Part shown: positions 62,824 through 64,000 of the stretch, one piece after another
Layout: every line of letters begins with the position of its first letter
Numbering within the stretch: position 1 is the stretch's first letter
Assembly: GCA_951406725.2 (NCBI GenBank)
Contig: OX597827.1
Coordinates: 4,774,001 to 4,838,000, forward strand
DNA from: Octopus vulgaris
Taxonomy: Eukaryota
Direction: 5' to 3'
DNA: 64,000 bases
Notes under the pieces: generated by a model
The model's input: the letters and a program-made list of their open reading frames with translations, nothing else
Databases searched by the model: none
What the model was told of the DNA's origin: nothing
Made by a program: the position numbers and the translations under genes

Positions 62824-64000
62824 TATATATATATATATATATATATCTTTCCTTCTTCCCTGAGCATCCAATAATACTATATACTTGTTCCATGTCCTCG
62901 TGTTGTGTTTTCTCTTTGTGTTTTCATGTTTGGATTAACTATATATACATACATATACATATATATGCAGAACATGTATACACATGTATAAATAGGTTTA
63001 TATATACGCATGTGTTTTTGTGGGAGTGTGTGTATATATATGTACTTTCATTTATACACATATATGCTTAAATATATATATATATATAAAGTCTCTTTCA
63101 AGACACAGTAGTCATTTTCCAATGTCCACTTATTACCAAGTGACTGGCAAAATTGAAAAAAAAACACATTCACAAGAGAAATAGGAGAACATACACAGAT
63201 TATGACCCTAATATTTATAAATTATCATTATCACGTGAGTATTTATTATATACACAGACACACATATGCATATATGCATATATATCTATTGACATACATA
63301 TTTCAATCTATATGTGTGTGTGTATGCATATGTACACTCACTCACACACACACTTACACACACACACACACACACATACACACACACGCATACACATATA
63401 TATGATATGTATTATACATATATATTTATGTATTAAATTAAATTTATATATATTTGTGTGTGCATGTATATATATTATATATATATGATATATACATATG
63501 CAATCTCTCTCTCTCTATATATATATATATGTATATATACAATGCTGAAAGAAAGAGAAATAATTTAAAAAATTTCTGATGGCATGAATTTGGCTAATTA
63601 AGTTAAATAGGGGTTTATTGACTGACATACAATAAATTTATTAAAATTTCTCACTAATTAAAAGACAGTAAACAGAAATATAATGGCTTTCATTACTGAC
63701 TCTTGAAAAGAAGGAGGACATAATTTTAGGAGATTAAAAATAGATTCTTGAGCAGATTTTCATGCTTGAGAAACTACATTTTGATCTTCTGTTGCAAATA
63801 GAGGAGTATAGACATGCCTATCAGTCTGTTTACTGACCTTATCAAGATTGTTCAGTCCCCTTTAGCCTACTAGTCTGCTTTTTGCAATTTTACATACAGC
63901 TATAGAGTTTTTCATCAAGGCTAATTTGCATAATTAAAAGTAAAAGTATTTTAAAGGAATAACATATATTGGCCAACAGCATGAAAATGAATTAGGACAG

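Overview
AT-rich, repeat-dense eukaryotic DNA. The SINE families and gene type point to an octopus or other coleoid cephalopod (inference). One protein-coding gene is supported: a minus-strand protocadherin reconstructed from splice signals as three phase-compatible coding exons. These are 60033-57637 (signal peptide, 6 cadherin repeats, TM helix), 54199-54022 (DSGHG-containing cytoplasmic exon) and 48187-47964 (C-terminal exon ending PWNLPTRNSFTAYNKPLPKVPFS), giving a 2799-nt CDS and 932 aa. The remaining ~48 kb downstream and the introns are filled with repeats: several tRNA-type SINE families (some with clean TSDs), RTE and R4/Dong-type LINE remnants, non-autonomous Helitrons, Tc1/mariner/pogo-like relics, fold-back elements and long microsatellites. 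Most notable: (i) a minimal type I hammerhead ribozyme candidate with a compensatory U3:A8 core, inside a TA-embedded inverted-repeat element upstream of the gene; (ii) a ~1.6-kb palindrome made of two head-to-head 3' halves of a DD35E Tc1-like element in protocadherin intron 2; (iii) stacks of retroposons piled into (TAA)n/(ATT)n microsatellites next to R4/Dong fragments. All calls were made by eye with no database searches, and boundaries of degenerate repeats are approximate.
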